In this document: positions 11,649 through 23,251 of the stretch, one piece after another
Layout of the letters: each line of letters begins with the position of its first letter
Position numbering within the stretch: the first letter of the stretch is position 1
Assembly: GCF_000497125.1 (NCBI RefSeq)
Contig: NC_090603.1
Span: 434,001-498,000 of the forward strand
Origin: Spironucleus salmonicida
Lineage: Eukaryota
Direction: 5' to 3'
Length of the DNA stretch: 64,000 bases
The notes under the pieces: generated by a model
Told to the model about the DNA's origin: nothing
Database searches by the model: none
Seen by the model: the letters and a program-made list of their open reading frames with translations, nothing else
Translations under genes and position numbers: made by a program

Positions 11649-13493
11649 ATGGTACTCCTCACCGGGTTCCCCACTGCAGAGCACTTCCGCGCCCAGCTGT
11701 CCCTGCTGGCAGCGTCCGAGCTGTCCTCCCTGCCCTGCACGCCGGAGCAGGCCGCCGCCATCGCCTCTCTCTACGCGGCGCGCTCTCAGCACTTCCTGGG
11801 CATCGGCGCGCCTGAGGACCAGCGCACTCTCCCGCTCCTGCCGCTGGAGGTCTTTGGCACCTAGCGCTTCGGACTGCGATTCTACCGGCTGCTGCTTGGG
11901 CGGCTGGGGCCCGCCAACGCCGCGCTCGATGTCCTGCTGGCGGCGCCACTGGCGACCTTCCTGGGGCACCACACCGCACTCTTAGCCTAGGTGCCTGTGC
12001 TGCGCCGCTTCACTCTCTCCGCGCAGATGCCGGCGTTCTTGCGGGACGTGGTGGCCCAAATCGCATCGCGGTTTCCCTTCCTCGAGGTCGAGCTGGGCGC
12101 AGAGGACCCCTTCTCGCCAGTGCTCCAGCAGCTAGGGTCTGCCCCGGATCGCCTCTTGGTCACCGCCCCCTTTGCGGACGCCGGCGTGAATGCGGTGCAG
12201 CGCAACAGACTCCGCAATCGCGCGCAGCCGGACGCCCTGGACGCGAACAAGGCGCGAACCGTGGTCCGTGAGGTCACCGGCGCATCAATGCTGCTGCACG
12301 TCATGCGCTCCCCCGCCTCCTTCGATCAGTGGGTGCCGCGCACCGTCCTGGCGCGTAAGCCCCGCGGGCCTGAGACCCACCGAATGCTAACCATGGACGG
12401 CGTGGGAGTGGTTAGCTTCCTGTACTTCCTCGACGCGGCCTTCTTCAACGACCTCCCCGACGTCATGGACTACTCCGCGACGGACCTAGTCGCCGATGCG
12501 CTCCCGCCCTAGACGGTCCCGCTGCGCCAGCGCTTCGTCTTCCGCAATGTCAAGTTCGCAAGCCTCCCGACGCGGCAGGTGCTGCAGGCCTAGCGTGCGG
12601 GCCGGGTGCTCGCCCCGAAGGCGCTGGCGCCGGTGGCCTCCTTCGCGCTCCGTCTGGGCAGGCAGGCCCTGGTTTGCTCCAAGGCCGCCGTGAATGTCGC
12701 AAACTATGAGGTCGGGCGCCTTAACGCGCAGAACACGCGCTTGCACTCCGCCCGCCGGTTCTCCCGGGCCGAGGCGGAGCTGGTGGCGGCCACGCTCCCG
12801 GACCTCTTCCCGGTGCGGCAGTATGTGGCCCACTGCGGGCTGTACGTGTATAACCCATTCATCGACGAGGCGGCGGACACCTTCATCAAGGCCGAGATCA
12901 TGCGCCTCGGGCTGCAAAGCCACTACGCGAAGAAGATCACGGACCGGGCGGGCCGCAGCCACGAGCTGGCAGACCTTGTGCGGGGCATCGGGGAGCGCAC
13001 CTATGGGGCCATCGACGCCCCGCACGCGATTCCGGGCGCGGTGCTGTCCCCAGAAGAGGAGGCCCTCGCCGCTGAGCTGGGCGTCCCCTCGCGCCTCTTC
13101 GTGGTGTACCGCGCCGTGGCCATGCAGCTCGCGGCCAATGGGGTGTGCGCGCGCCTCGCCGCCCTGGAGGCCCAGCACCACCTGCCCTTCACCCTGCTCC
13201 AGTGTGAGCGTGTGGTGGGCTTCTACGCCCGCGACGAGGTGCAGCGCCTCTTCTCCGCGGGCCCCTTTGCCCTCAACCGCGCGGTGCAGCCCAACACCGG
13301 GGTGCCCGTGCGCACCGCGGACCCGGAGCTGCAGGCCGCGGCAAACCTGGGCGTCTTCGGGCAGATGCTCGGCGTGTTCGACCGGCCTGTGGACGGCGCG
13401 GCGGCGGACGCCATCTCCCGCACCGGGTCCCTCGGCGTGGTGCGCGAGCTGTCAGACCGGGTGGTGGGGCACTACGCTGCGCGCTTCCAGTGA
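11649..13493 (+). CDS. Ada2-like protein, right-arm copy
   Basis: Mirror of 6937-8781; one V/A difference seen. Confidence 0.55.
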
Positions 13494-13658
13494 GTGCCGA
13501 CCGCGATGCGGGGAGGTGCCGCTGGTTGGGCCTGGGCCCGGGGGTTTCGTAGGAGTGAGCCTGATTCACACTACAGGCACCCCTGGGCTGAACTGCTGGA
13601 GTGGAGGCAGTACGCGCTGTGCTCTCCCCAGACACGCACAACACCACTTCCTTCCAAA

Positions 13659-14312
13659 ATGCTACTCGGGGTGCTCATGCTGGTAGCCGCGGAGCTCCAG
13701 GGCCACCGGCTGCAGCTGCTCCAGTCCGATGAGCTGGACGCTATGAGGCCTCCCTTCGCAGTCTCCGTCGGCGGGGAGCACGCACAGGCCCTGGGCCATC
13801 TCGCCTCCCCGGCCTACCTCTGCCTTGGCGACCTCGGCCCAGAGACGTCCCGGCAGTGCCTCGATGCCCTGGATGCTGGTGCCGCCATAACCCTCACGGC
13901 GGCAGGGGCCAGCCACACCGTCAGCGCCACGAGGGTCCCCCAGCGCCGCGCCCAGCTGTCCTTTACCGGCGGGCCCGCGGTGCTGCTAGACGACTTCCCC
14001 GCGGAGATGCGCGTGGTGCAGCTGCTGTGCGATACGGACGCCGGCCAGGCCCTGCTCTTGATGCAAGGCGCCCAGCGCGACGGGGGGCGGCTGCAGCTCC
14101 GCTTTGGCTGCGAGTTCCTGGTGCAGGCTGCGAGCAGCAACGATATATTCGGAGAGCCGGACGCAGAGTGGCGCCGCGACCTCGACGCCAAGCTCGCGGG
14201 CGCCTGCCTCGGCCTCCGGGCGGACCGAGTGCGGATGTGCAACCTCCTGGTGCTGGAGGAGACGGAAAGCGGCGCGAGGTAGGACTTCGCGGTCTACGGG
14301 ATGCGGCCCTGA
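13659..14312 (+). CDS. Hypothetical signal-peptide protein, right-arm copy
   Basis: Mirror of 6118-6771; one R/P difference seen. Confidence 0.7.
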
Positions 14313-14357
14313 AGTGAGCGGAAATTCCGGGAAGTGCGCAAAACATCACTCTGAGCC

Positions 14358-15917
14358 TCATTGAATCAGCTGCCGCGACTGCCACACCGTCATCAGCGCG
14401 ACCAGGATGGCGATGAGCACGCAGGACCCCACAATCGGGTAGAGGAGCGCGTCGCTCACGTCCAGGTTGCAGCGGTCCCAGTTGAAGAACTCCTGCTCCC
14501 CGGAAAACGCCACGTAGAGCTACTGTCCCCGCTGAATCAGCCGCGAGTACGCCTTCAGGCGCTGGTAGAACGTAATAATAGAAGATTCTTAGCCATATAT
14601 TACGTTTGTTGTATCGGTGCTACATTTCTCTATAATAGCTCCGGACGGTATAAAGGATAGGTGAAATGAGAAATATGTAACTCTAGAAAGAAATCCATCT
14701 ACTTGAGAAGTAAACACTAAATCCATTTCTTGTATCCCACGGGATAGACACTATTCCGTAGCATAAAAATTCATAGCTACACATCCTCCATATATTTAAC
14801 TTACACGTGTTGTAAAATAGTCTATACAACTTAGTTATAATTAACCTCGATAACTTGTTTCTAACAATATTTCTCCATTTTAATCGTAGGCGGTTAAATA
14901 ATATCTTAACTCAGCATTGTCTATATCTTGAAATCCCGGTACTATTGGTTCAAATGGCATATCTACCCCACCACGAGCATTAAAGTCGTCATATGACTAT
15001 TTTAAAACTTCTGCATGGAAAACTCCATTATTTGTGTTAACGATAGCATGCTATCTAAAAGAAACCGCGTTATTTATGCATGTTGGTTCTGTTGAATATT
15101 TCTTATTATCAAGACCGATGTCTACATACCTAGATGTCAAAAATCCTGATGCTTTTAAATTAATCAAACATTATGTATTGTTGCTCTCTATGACGTCAAT
15201 GATGGCGCGGACGGGGTAGTCGGAGGTGGTGAGGACGAACTGAACCCGGAGGTCGCGGTTCTGCTCGAATTCGTCGAAAAAGTCGCGCATGGTCTGCTTG
15301 TCGGCCTCGTCGGTCAGAGTGGAGAGCTCCTGCTTGTAGAACTTGATCTTGCTGTAGTCGAAGGCGCTCCCTTTCTTGTAATACTCTGCGCCTCCGGTGC
15401 TTCCCGAGATAGCTAGCTACCGCTGCCGGCCGCCCGAGACGAACCGGAAGGTGATGGCGGGCGTGCTGATCGTGCAGAGGAGCGGGGTGCCGGTCATCTG
15501 GATGAACTCGCCCCCAGCGGTGCGGGAGTACACCAGCTTCAGGTCGTCCCAGCAGGCGGAGGTGTTGAGGCGGACCAGGTTCACCTTCTGCACGGAGCCG
15601 TTGACGTTGAGCGAGCCAGCCAGCTTGATCTGGTAGGATATCACGTCGGTATTGAACATCTCCTTGAAGTTTCCTGTATCTGAAGAAAGGTCGAAGGGGA
15701 TTACTATGGCCTTGTCGTCCTGGTAGGTGAACGTCGCCTCGACTTGTTTTGTGCTAAACTTAATGAAGGCGGTCGACTCGGTGCCGGAGGAGGCCTTACA
15801 GAGGTCGTGGGCGGACTCCAGCGGCGTCAGCAGCAGCTAGACCGTGGACTGCTGCTCCTGCCCTACCACCTGGGCGGTCTGCTCGAAGCAGGTCAGCGCT
15901 AGAACTAAACTTATCAT
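14358..15917 (-). CDS. Type I membrane/surface protein 'Q', variant R (519 aa)
   Basis: Same length as variant L with near-identical ends. Internal 14574-15182 is AT-rich and diverged but collinear and open (NNTQCLINLKASGFLTSRYVDIGLDNKKY...ARGGVDMPFEPIV). Confidence 0.88.
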
Positions 15918-16553
15918 TTTCTGATATATCTACGATATTTTAATTATTAAATATACTTAAGTTATAATAAGTAAAATCATATTTTATTACTGTTTATAGT
16001 ATTATTCTAAAACATAGTATACATTTTTCATAAACGGGTATATGAATATATTAATAATTATTAAACTACTTTAATAATATTATTTTTATTTATAGGATAT
16101 ATAAGATTTTATAATGAATTTTACAACTTTTCTCTAATATTATATTTATCTATTTGTATAACTCGTCTTTAGATTTAGTTGTATTCTAACTAATTCTATA
16201 GTTTTAAATGAAATAATAAAAGTTTATCTATTTATATGATAATAAATTTTGAGTATTAAAAATCTGAATATACTATACTTTCATATTAAATTTATTAAAA
16301 TTTGTATTAAATTTAAAAATAATGGAACACTTTATTGAAAACATGCAACTATTAGCAAATATATATAATTTTAACTATATTTATAAGAATGTACTTTAAT
16401 TATCGTATGTCAGATAATAAATAAATAAAAATATTAAAAAATAATTTATACAAATATTTTATAATATTATGTTTAGAATATTTGATAAGCATGGTAATCA
16501 ACTATTTTCATATTATTTATTATAATTTTTATATAAATATACTAATAATATTA

Positions 16554-18032
16554 ATGTTGATTGTCTTTCCAGTAGTTCTTGATAATTATTATGGTAAAAA
16601 TTGAATTACAGTGTATACTGAGTACATAAACCAGCTGGTGGTTCAGCTGAAGCCCCTTAACGTGGAAGCCTGCGGCAAGATGCCGCCTGGGGTCCAGGTG
16701 AACCTCACGATCAACAGCCTGGAGGGCATCAAGATCCCCATTGTGACCACCACGCTGTCCTCCTTTTCCTACCAGAACATCACCAACATCACCTTTGCCG
16801 CCGCGCTCCCGACTGGCCAAAAGATTGGCCTGGTGTACTCAGCGCAGCTCGACATCTACACCTTCGGGCAGGTGCTCACCACGCTGATCCCCAAGTTCTC
16901 GCTCCAGAAGTCCAACCTGCAGGCGTGCTACGAGCCGCGGTCCGTTGCCCAGGTCTTCCGGAACCGTATCGAGGTGGAGCTCTTTCCGACTGGCCTCTGC
17001 AAGACGCAGATGTAACTCAAGGCGGCCAGCCCCGACAACTTCCTGCAAGCGGTCCAGCTGAGCCTCAGCGGCGCCTTGGTGGAGCTGGACCTGAATATGG
17101 GGTTCGACTACATGGTTGCGAAGCAGGAGATAATGTTCAAGGATGACCTGCTCGAGTTCGTGCAGCAGCAGCCGTTCCTCAACGCCTTCATCGTCTTCAC
17201 GACCAGCCAGGTGGGCTCCAAGGTCGAGTTCCAGGTCGACGTGGAGTCTACGCGCCTGGAGACCGTAGTGGCCTTCTTCCAGGTAACCCTCATGTCACTC
17301 CAGAACGACGACATTTATCTCAGGCTCCAGTTTGACTAGGATAAGTATGATGACTACGAGAAGGTCTTGGGAGACCACACGACCTTCAAGCTCTCCTTCA
17401 TCGTGAACGGCACCCAGCACTCCTTCCTCAGCAGCCACAACGCGCCGCTCGTCAACAACCAGGTGCTGCAGATTACCTGCGCGAGCCAGATCATCAAGCT
17501 GCGCCCGATCTGCAGCGCCATCGTGCTCTCCCAGCAGTTCGACCGCGTCGTCCTGGACATCATCTCGGTGGGCCCAGACCAGACGCTCAAGTCCATGTAC
17601 AAGCAGATGCCCCAGATGGTCCCCACCTGCTGGACCAAGGTGACGGCGGTCAGGAGGAAAAACGTCATCGACCTGACCCTGTACCTCAACGGGAAGTGCA
17701 GCGCCGGACCGGCCGAGTTCTCGCTTATAAACCACAATGCAGCCGCGATTACGGCGAGCAGCGACAGCTCGGCCACGCAGGTCTCCTTCACTGGCTACGA
17801 CGGCTTCTTCGATACGGCCCGATACGGCCTGTCGATGGTGCTGGATGGCGCCACGTACCTCCTGTTCCTGGACGACGTGAAGGCACAGCCGGTGAACTAC
17901 GGGACGATAGCCGCAGTGGCGGTGGGGGCATCGTGGGTCGCGTGCTGCACGGCGTTCGCCATCTATGGCATCGTCCAGGCTGTCGTGGCCATGAAGAACC
18001 GCAAGCGCACCAGCCGCAGAAAGGCGCACTGA
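16554..18032 (+). pseudogene. Membrane protein 'P', right-arm copy with degenerate 5' end and in-frame TGA
   Basis: MLIVFPVVLDNYYGKN*ITVYTEYINQ versus MLIVLQIFQQVLDNCFDENSLIIYDENINQ. TGA at 16602-16604 aligns with TCA (Ser); the remainder is near-identical to the left copy. Confidence 0.7.
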
Positions 18033-18073
18033 GGACTTTGCTGCTATTATATATACTCACTCCCGCTCCCAAA

Positions 18074-18526
18074 ATGCTAAACATGGACCACCAGGCCCAG
18101 CACACGGACATCATCCTGAACCAGTGCAACCAGGTCTTCTACGTCATCAAGACGCACGCCAACCGCCTCTCGGCCCAGAAGATCGAGCGCCTGACCAAGG
18201 AGCAGAACGCGGTCCAGATCGACTTCCTCTCCAAGCCGTCCGACCGCCAGATCTCGCTGAAGATGAAGCGGGGCGACACCTGCCTGGTGGTCCACACGCA
18301 GCCCGCCCACTACGCCGGGGCGGTGTGCCTGTGCGAGGTGGTGTCCGCGTCCAAGGAGGCGCTGGTGGTGCGCTTCGTCCGCTACCTCAAGCGGGTGATC
18401 ACCGTGGCGGAGATCAAGCAGAGCAGCCAGGTCTACAACATCAAGCAGTGCATCGTCTCGCTGTCGGAGCTGGACTTCTTCAAGATCCTGGAGCTGGAGA
18501 ACCAGCAGACGCGGCTCGGCGAGTGA
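18074..18526 (+). CDS. EVE domain protein, right-arm copy
   Basis: Mirror of 1829-2281; ends ENQQTRLGE-TGA. Confidence 0.7.
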   Translation: MLNMDHQAQHTDIILNQCNQVFYVIKTHANRLSAQKIERLTKEQNAVQIDFLSKPSDRQISLKMKRGDTCLVVHTQPAHYAGAVCLCEVVSASKEALVVRFVRYLKRVITVAEIKQSSQVYNIKQCIVSLSELDFFKILELENQQTRLGE

Positions 18527-18529
18527 GAA

Positions 18530-18958
18530 TCAGAACTTCACTTCCTCCAGGATCTGGTCGTCCTCGTCGATGAACTGGGCGGTCTTGATGACGATCCTGA
18601 ACACCACCCTGTCGGCGCGGAACTCGTCCTCGTCGAACATCTCGAAGACCTCCTCCCTCCAGCAGAGGTCGTAGAGGGCCTCGTGCGCCTTGCTGTCCAG
18701 CAGCTCCAGCTCGTACTGGAAGGTGGAGCGCCGGTTGGTGTAGATGTTGCCCACCGTGATGCGCTTGTGCACGGCGCTCGCGATCTCCGCGTAGTGGCGG
18801 GACTTGGTGGAGAAGTTGAAGTACAGGGTGCTGGCGTCGTCGTTGAAGATGACGATCGGGGTCAGCTCCGGGGTGCCGGCCTTTGCGGTGTAGGAGATGA
18901 GCGCGTTCCTGCTGTTGTAGAAGTTGAACTCCAGGATCATGGCCTGCTTCATGCTCAT
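18530..18958 (-). CDS. PNPOx-like split-barrel protein, right-arm copy
   Basis: Mirror of 1397-1825 with two amino-acid differences (D/A, S/T). Confidence 0.6.
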   Translation of the reverse strand: MSMKQAMILEFNFYNSRNALISYTAKAGTPELTPIVIFNDDASTLYFNFSTKSRHYAEIASAVHKRITVGNIYTNRRSTFQYELELLDSKAHEALYDLCWREEVFEMFDEDEFRADRVVFRIVIKTAQFIDEDDQILEEVKF

Positions 18959-19888
18959 TTGTGGAGGGGCGCCTCGATTTGCAGCAGCGGCCGCATAGGC
19001 TACTATTAAGGGGAGTATACTCCAGCTAGAAAGTATACAATTTTGTTTTTGCTAGATAGGCATCTTATTGTATTCGGCTTCATAACCGCGACGAGGCTAG
19101 CGGCTTCGAGCCGGACGGTATGGTGCTGGATGCGAGGCCGGCGGGACTGCGGAAACCGACAGCGGCAGTTTAGCGTCAAAGATGGCCCAATGCGGGCTGC
19201 TCGCTTGACTCATCTTGAATGTGCGCTGCGAAGCAGTACTAAAATACTGCCGAACTCCAGCCAGAACCACCGTACCGCGCAGAGAGGAGATCTAAGTGGA
19301 TGCGCCTTCCAGATCACTGCAGATAGGGAAGCAGCTAGAGCGAATTCTAGGTTCGGAGTGGGCCTGCTGCTAAACGTGTTGCAGCGCAAGAGATTAGTCT
19401 GCGCTAGCGAACTGGCAAAAAGGGGAAGTTTGGCCTGCTAGCCTTCTTTCCGTAGTTTGACCTTAATTTGATGTACTGTGTGAGTTTTACCACTTAATGA
19501 TCCAAATAGGATTGCGCTGGAAAAAAAACAATATCTAACATGAATCCGCTGTAAATAAAAGTTAACAAAATCAAATTATGAAATAATTTACGCTTTGTTA
19601 TTACTTAAAGACAACTCAATTATAATATAATATAAATAATATAAACTTTATTCTAGTTTTACAAAAAATTTATCCTGATCGAAACTACTAAAAATTGAGG
19701 TTTACAATTTATTTAAGTTAAGAGCAAATGAATTCTCTGGATGCATAATGGATATGCAAAGTAAGATGCTTAAATTCTTGATTGATGATTGTTTATAGAC
19801 CAATTTTTACTTTATGAGTAAATGTTAAAGACAGAATAGAATGAACAATAATGATTACATTTTATAATTGAAATTTTAAAATAAACTC

Positions 19889-20545
19889 TCATCTCTCAGC
19901 TTCGTCATCTGCGCAGTCAAAGCTGACCTTTGTCTCGCTAATCTCAGTCTCACGCTCCCTGCGCTGCCGCTCGCGCCGGAGGTCCATCTTGCGCAGCGCA
20001 CTCTTCTGCTGCTGCTTGAGCTAAGCCATCTTGGCCTCAAGCGTGCCGGCGGCGATGTCGATGCAGATGTTGCGGGCGGGCTTGAGGACGGACTTGCTGA
20101 GCAGGTCCTTCTCCATCGCGAGGCTGGCGGTGGGGCCCACGCGGACGTCGGGCCGGAAGCGGGCGAAGTTGGTGACGATGAAGCGCACGAAGAAGGGGCC
20201 GTCGAGGGAGAAGAACTCGCGCGTCATGTCCCCAAAGGCGCGCAGGTCCTTGATGCGCTCCAGCTTGCTCTCGGGCTCGGCGAAGAGGTAGCGCTGCGTG
20301 AAGAGGTCCAGGTGGAAGGCGTCTTCCGGCTGCCGAGTCGGGGCGCGCACCTGCTCCTGGGACGCGTTGGGGAGCGCTCTCCGGGGCTGCAGCGCGGGCA
20401 GCGCCTGGAGCGAGAAGGACTGCGCGGTCTGGATCATGCGCTGCTGCTGCATCACGCGGTGGGGCGAGCGGAAGCGCTGCGGGCTCAGGGCTGGCAGCGC
20501 GGGGGCCTGCAGCTCGACGGAGCGCGCGAGGGGCGAGGACTTCAT
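19889..20545 (-). CDS. Hypothetical protein (218 aa), intact copy
   Basis: MKSSPLARS...EAKMA-TAG-LKQQQKSALRKMD...DDEAER-TGA. Confidence 0.8.
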
Positions 20546-20762
20546 TCTGCGCTCCGAGACTTATCGCGATTCGGATATTGGGGCAGTCCCGAATACCTCA
20601 CTGTAGACGTTGCGAGCATCGCTCCCATTGCTCGTGCCGCTCCAGAATGACCACCGCGCCGGACTGCCTCCAGGTTCCCGGCTGCGGATACTGCGAGCCC
20701 GGCAACGCCCTCGCCTGCCAGGGCTGCCTCGCGCCCTTCGTCTTCCTTGACGGCGTATGCTA
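20002..20762. repeat. Direct repeat copy 1 (761 bp)
   Basis: Matches 33643-34403 at offset 13641 with about 3 substitutions seen. Confidence 0.95.
20647..20762 (+). pseudogene. 5' fragment of cysteine-rich membrane protein gene
   Basis: MTTAPDCLQVPGCGYC...FLDGVC, then homology to 34288-34737 stops; no TM region. Confidence 0.75.
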
Positions 20763-20969
20763 ACTAAATTTCCCCATTAATTCTATTAGGTCAAATATGC
20801 GTACTCTGAGACTAGATTTTCCCCGTCAGTGGCAGTCCACCAACATCAGCTGCTGCACCTAGTCCACTACCATCCCATATTATTATCAGAATGTATTTTG
20901 TTATCATACTCTTATTTTTCAGTTAAACTAACACCCAAAAACCTCATTTTACCATGAAAACATCACCCC

Positions 20970-23132
20970 TCACTCCAATCCACCAAACTCACGGTCGTAC
21001 TCGCGCATGCTGAACTGGTAAAAGCGAAAGCCACGCTGTGCCGGGATCTGGACCCGGGCCTGTGTGCCCCAAAAACGCCGGTAGAAGAGGCACTTCACGA
21101 GGTTAGGTTTCTAGTAAATGGCATGAATACGTTTGTTAAGCGCGCGCATCTCCACAAGGCGGTAGTCGGGGTCGTCACCGTAGTAGTTTTCAGCGATGAA
21201 ATCCCGTATTGGTCGGTAGTACTGCGCAAATAGCCTGGAGTTGTCCATTTGGTGCTGCAACACATAGTTTATTGTGATTTTGTCCCCAAAAATAGCCGAA
21301 ATAGGCCGTTTATGGCGCTCCAATTTCTACTGCTATGGTTGCACTTGACTTTCGACCTCTGCCACGCGCAGGCGTTCATGGTGGTTCATCAGGCTAATCA
21401 TCAGCTCCTATGTAATATTCTTATTGTCAGACATGCAATGTTGAATGCCTTTATCCTGTTTACGGGACATGGTTGGGCATTCTGGAAAATATGCTTTTTT
21501 CTCCCTATCGATAATAACCCAAACTCGTGAGACTATTAGCGCATTTAGTATGTTAGCGAGGTCCAAACCATCACTTTTTATGACAGGAGGCTCAATAATG
21601 GAGTGGTAAGAGTCAGGTAATTTTTGTGTAGATGATTCATGAACGGATTGGTTAAAAGCTGAGAGTTCAAAAGCTGGCTCTTGTAGAATTTTTGGTTCAA
21701 AAACGGACGGTTCATGGTTGGATTGGATGCGAATGGATTGATTAGATACGGATTGGTCATGAGTACATTATGCATGATTGAATTGCTCGATTGCTGACTG
21801 CTCTCGAATTTGTGGTTCACAAATTGATTGCTCTAGATTAGATTGCTATTGAATATATCGTGGAGAAGCAGATTGTTCATGAATATAGGATTCATGACGG
21901 GATGCTTAAAGTGCAATAGCACTTATCGATGGGCTCTATAATGATGATAGTTGTATTGTTCCAACACTGTTATTTTTACTGAGTTATCCTGATACTTGTT
22001 CTAATACTGTTTAGGATTTTACTGAAATATGATCATTTTAATTAGTATGGATTTATTTTTACTATTCTGATAGTATTTTTAAACTATCATCTTCATCTTT
22101 ATTTGAAACACTTTATTAAGATTTTTAATGAGTAGATGAATTGACTGAAGTGATAACTTGTTGGGATTTTTAAATTGATACCATACTGGTATCTTTTTAA
22201 ATAGGTTGCACACGTTATGATGATTGAGATTAACTAGTAATGCTCTTAGGTTAAGAACTGGGATATTTTTCTTATTAAATTTCAACCAGATGAGGAATAG
22301 AGGATACAACAGATGAAAACATTAAGTTATCGATAAACTAATCAGATTCTCCTATATTAATACTTTTATCTTTATTATGTGGAATTGAATGAGGGATAGA
22401 CGAAATTTCCTTTGTAATACTTTAAGGCCCCTATATAGTACTAAGCGAGTTGAAAGTAGAGCACCATTCACTGCTGTCCTTAGCACTGGCCTAAATTTCC
22501 TAAATACAACATTCCTATTTGTTAAAATCTAATTATTATTTAATATCTCTATGATGAGAAGCTATTCTAACCACGCAATTATCTTTATTCATCAACATAG
22601 CTGTGGGTTATTCACGAATATATTATAAAAAGATTTATTTATTTATTAGTTGGCCAACGAATCCTTCTACTTCCACTCTGCAGTAAACATTACAAAATTT
22701 ACTACTTTATGGTAATAGTGAAAGGTCCTACGATAATTCGTAGTAATATTTATTAAGAAGTACAGTATACATTTATGGCGCCAAATAACAATTAGCTTCT
22801 TGGAAATATTTTAAATTATTTTATAGATAAGTATGAATTATGATTGAAAAGTGCTCTTTGAAAATTCCAGTTTTTGTAAATATTTTCCTGCAATTTAATG
22901 GTGCAGCAACCTAAAATATCATCTCTAGTTAATCATTAGTAAAATATTTAGTAACATTGATCCTATTTAAATCGAGTTAGCGATAATTAGTACCGTTGAA
23001 AATAATAGGAAGGAATGTATCATAGACTACCTCCACCTATCTTGCAGCTTCAATTATTTCAATAAGTTCTATTGGTAAGTTATTTATTAAATAGACCTTA
23101 TCAGATGATCCAACAGGAGTAGTCCTTTTCAT
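20970..23132 (-). CDS. Hypothetical protein (720 aa) with S/Q/H-rich low-complexity middle
   Basis: Read codon by codon: open from ATG 23132 (MKRTTPVGSSDKVY) to GAG-TGA. Confidence 0.85.
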
Positions 23133-23251
23133 TTTTTATATATATGTATTATTAATATATAATAATACATATTGTCAAAAAAGTTTCAGTTTTGTTTAAT
23201 AAAGCATACAACCTAAACGCTCGACACACCGAATCTACATTCTCACCAACT

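Larger units (their letters stand above)
11309..19525. repeat. Right arm of large inverted repeat
   Basis: Mirror of 831-9120. Coordinate sums are 20430 for the inner tracts and about 20355 for the outer tract. Confidence 0.97.

Noticed and set aside
11324-11815. ATG 11324 as the start of the Ada2-like gene
   Set aside because: Different frame, ends at TGA 11815 and is antisense to the 81-aa gene; the left-arm equivalent has GTG instead of ATG.
16602-16604. In-frame TGA as selenocysteine or readthrough
   Set aside because: It aligns with Ser (TCA), not Cys, and the surrounding codons are degenerate, including loss of the nearby Cys.
1346-19441. Numerous overlapping Arg/Pro/Ala-rich ORFs in the ORF track
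   Set aside because: Shadow and antisense frames of high-GC3 genes; the true frames are recovered with table 6.
831-19525. Inverted repeat as a simple assembly fold-back artefact
   Set aside because: The arms contain diverged but in-frame islands and scattered substitutions, and they flank a unique gene; a fold-back would be uniformly identical.
831-19525. Arms as terminal inverted repeats of a transposon, Polinton or virus
   Set aside because: No transposase, integrase, polymerase or capsid recognised; the spacer encodes a coiled-coil protein; no target-site duplication seen.
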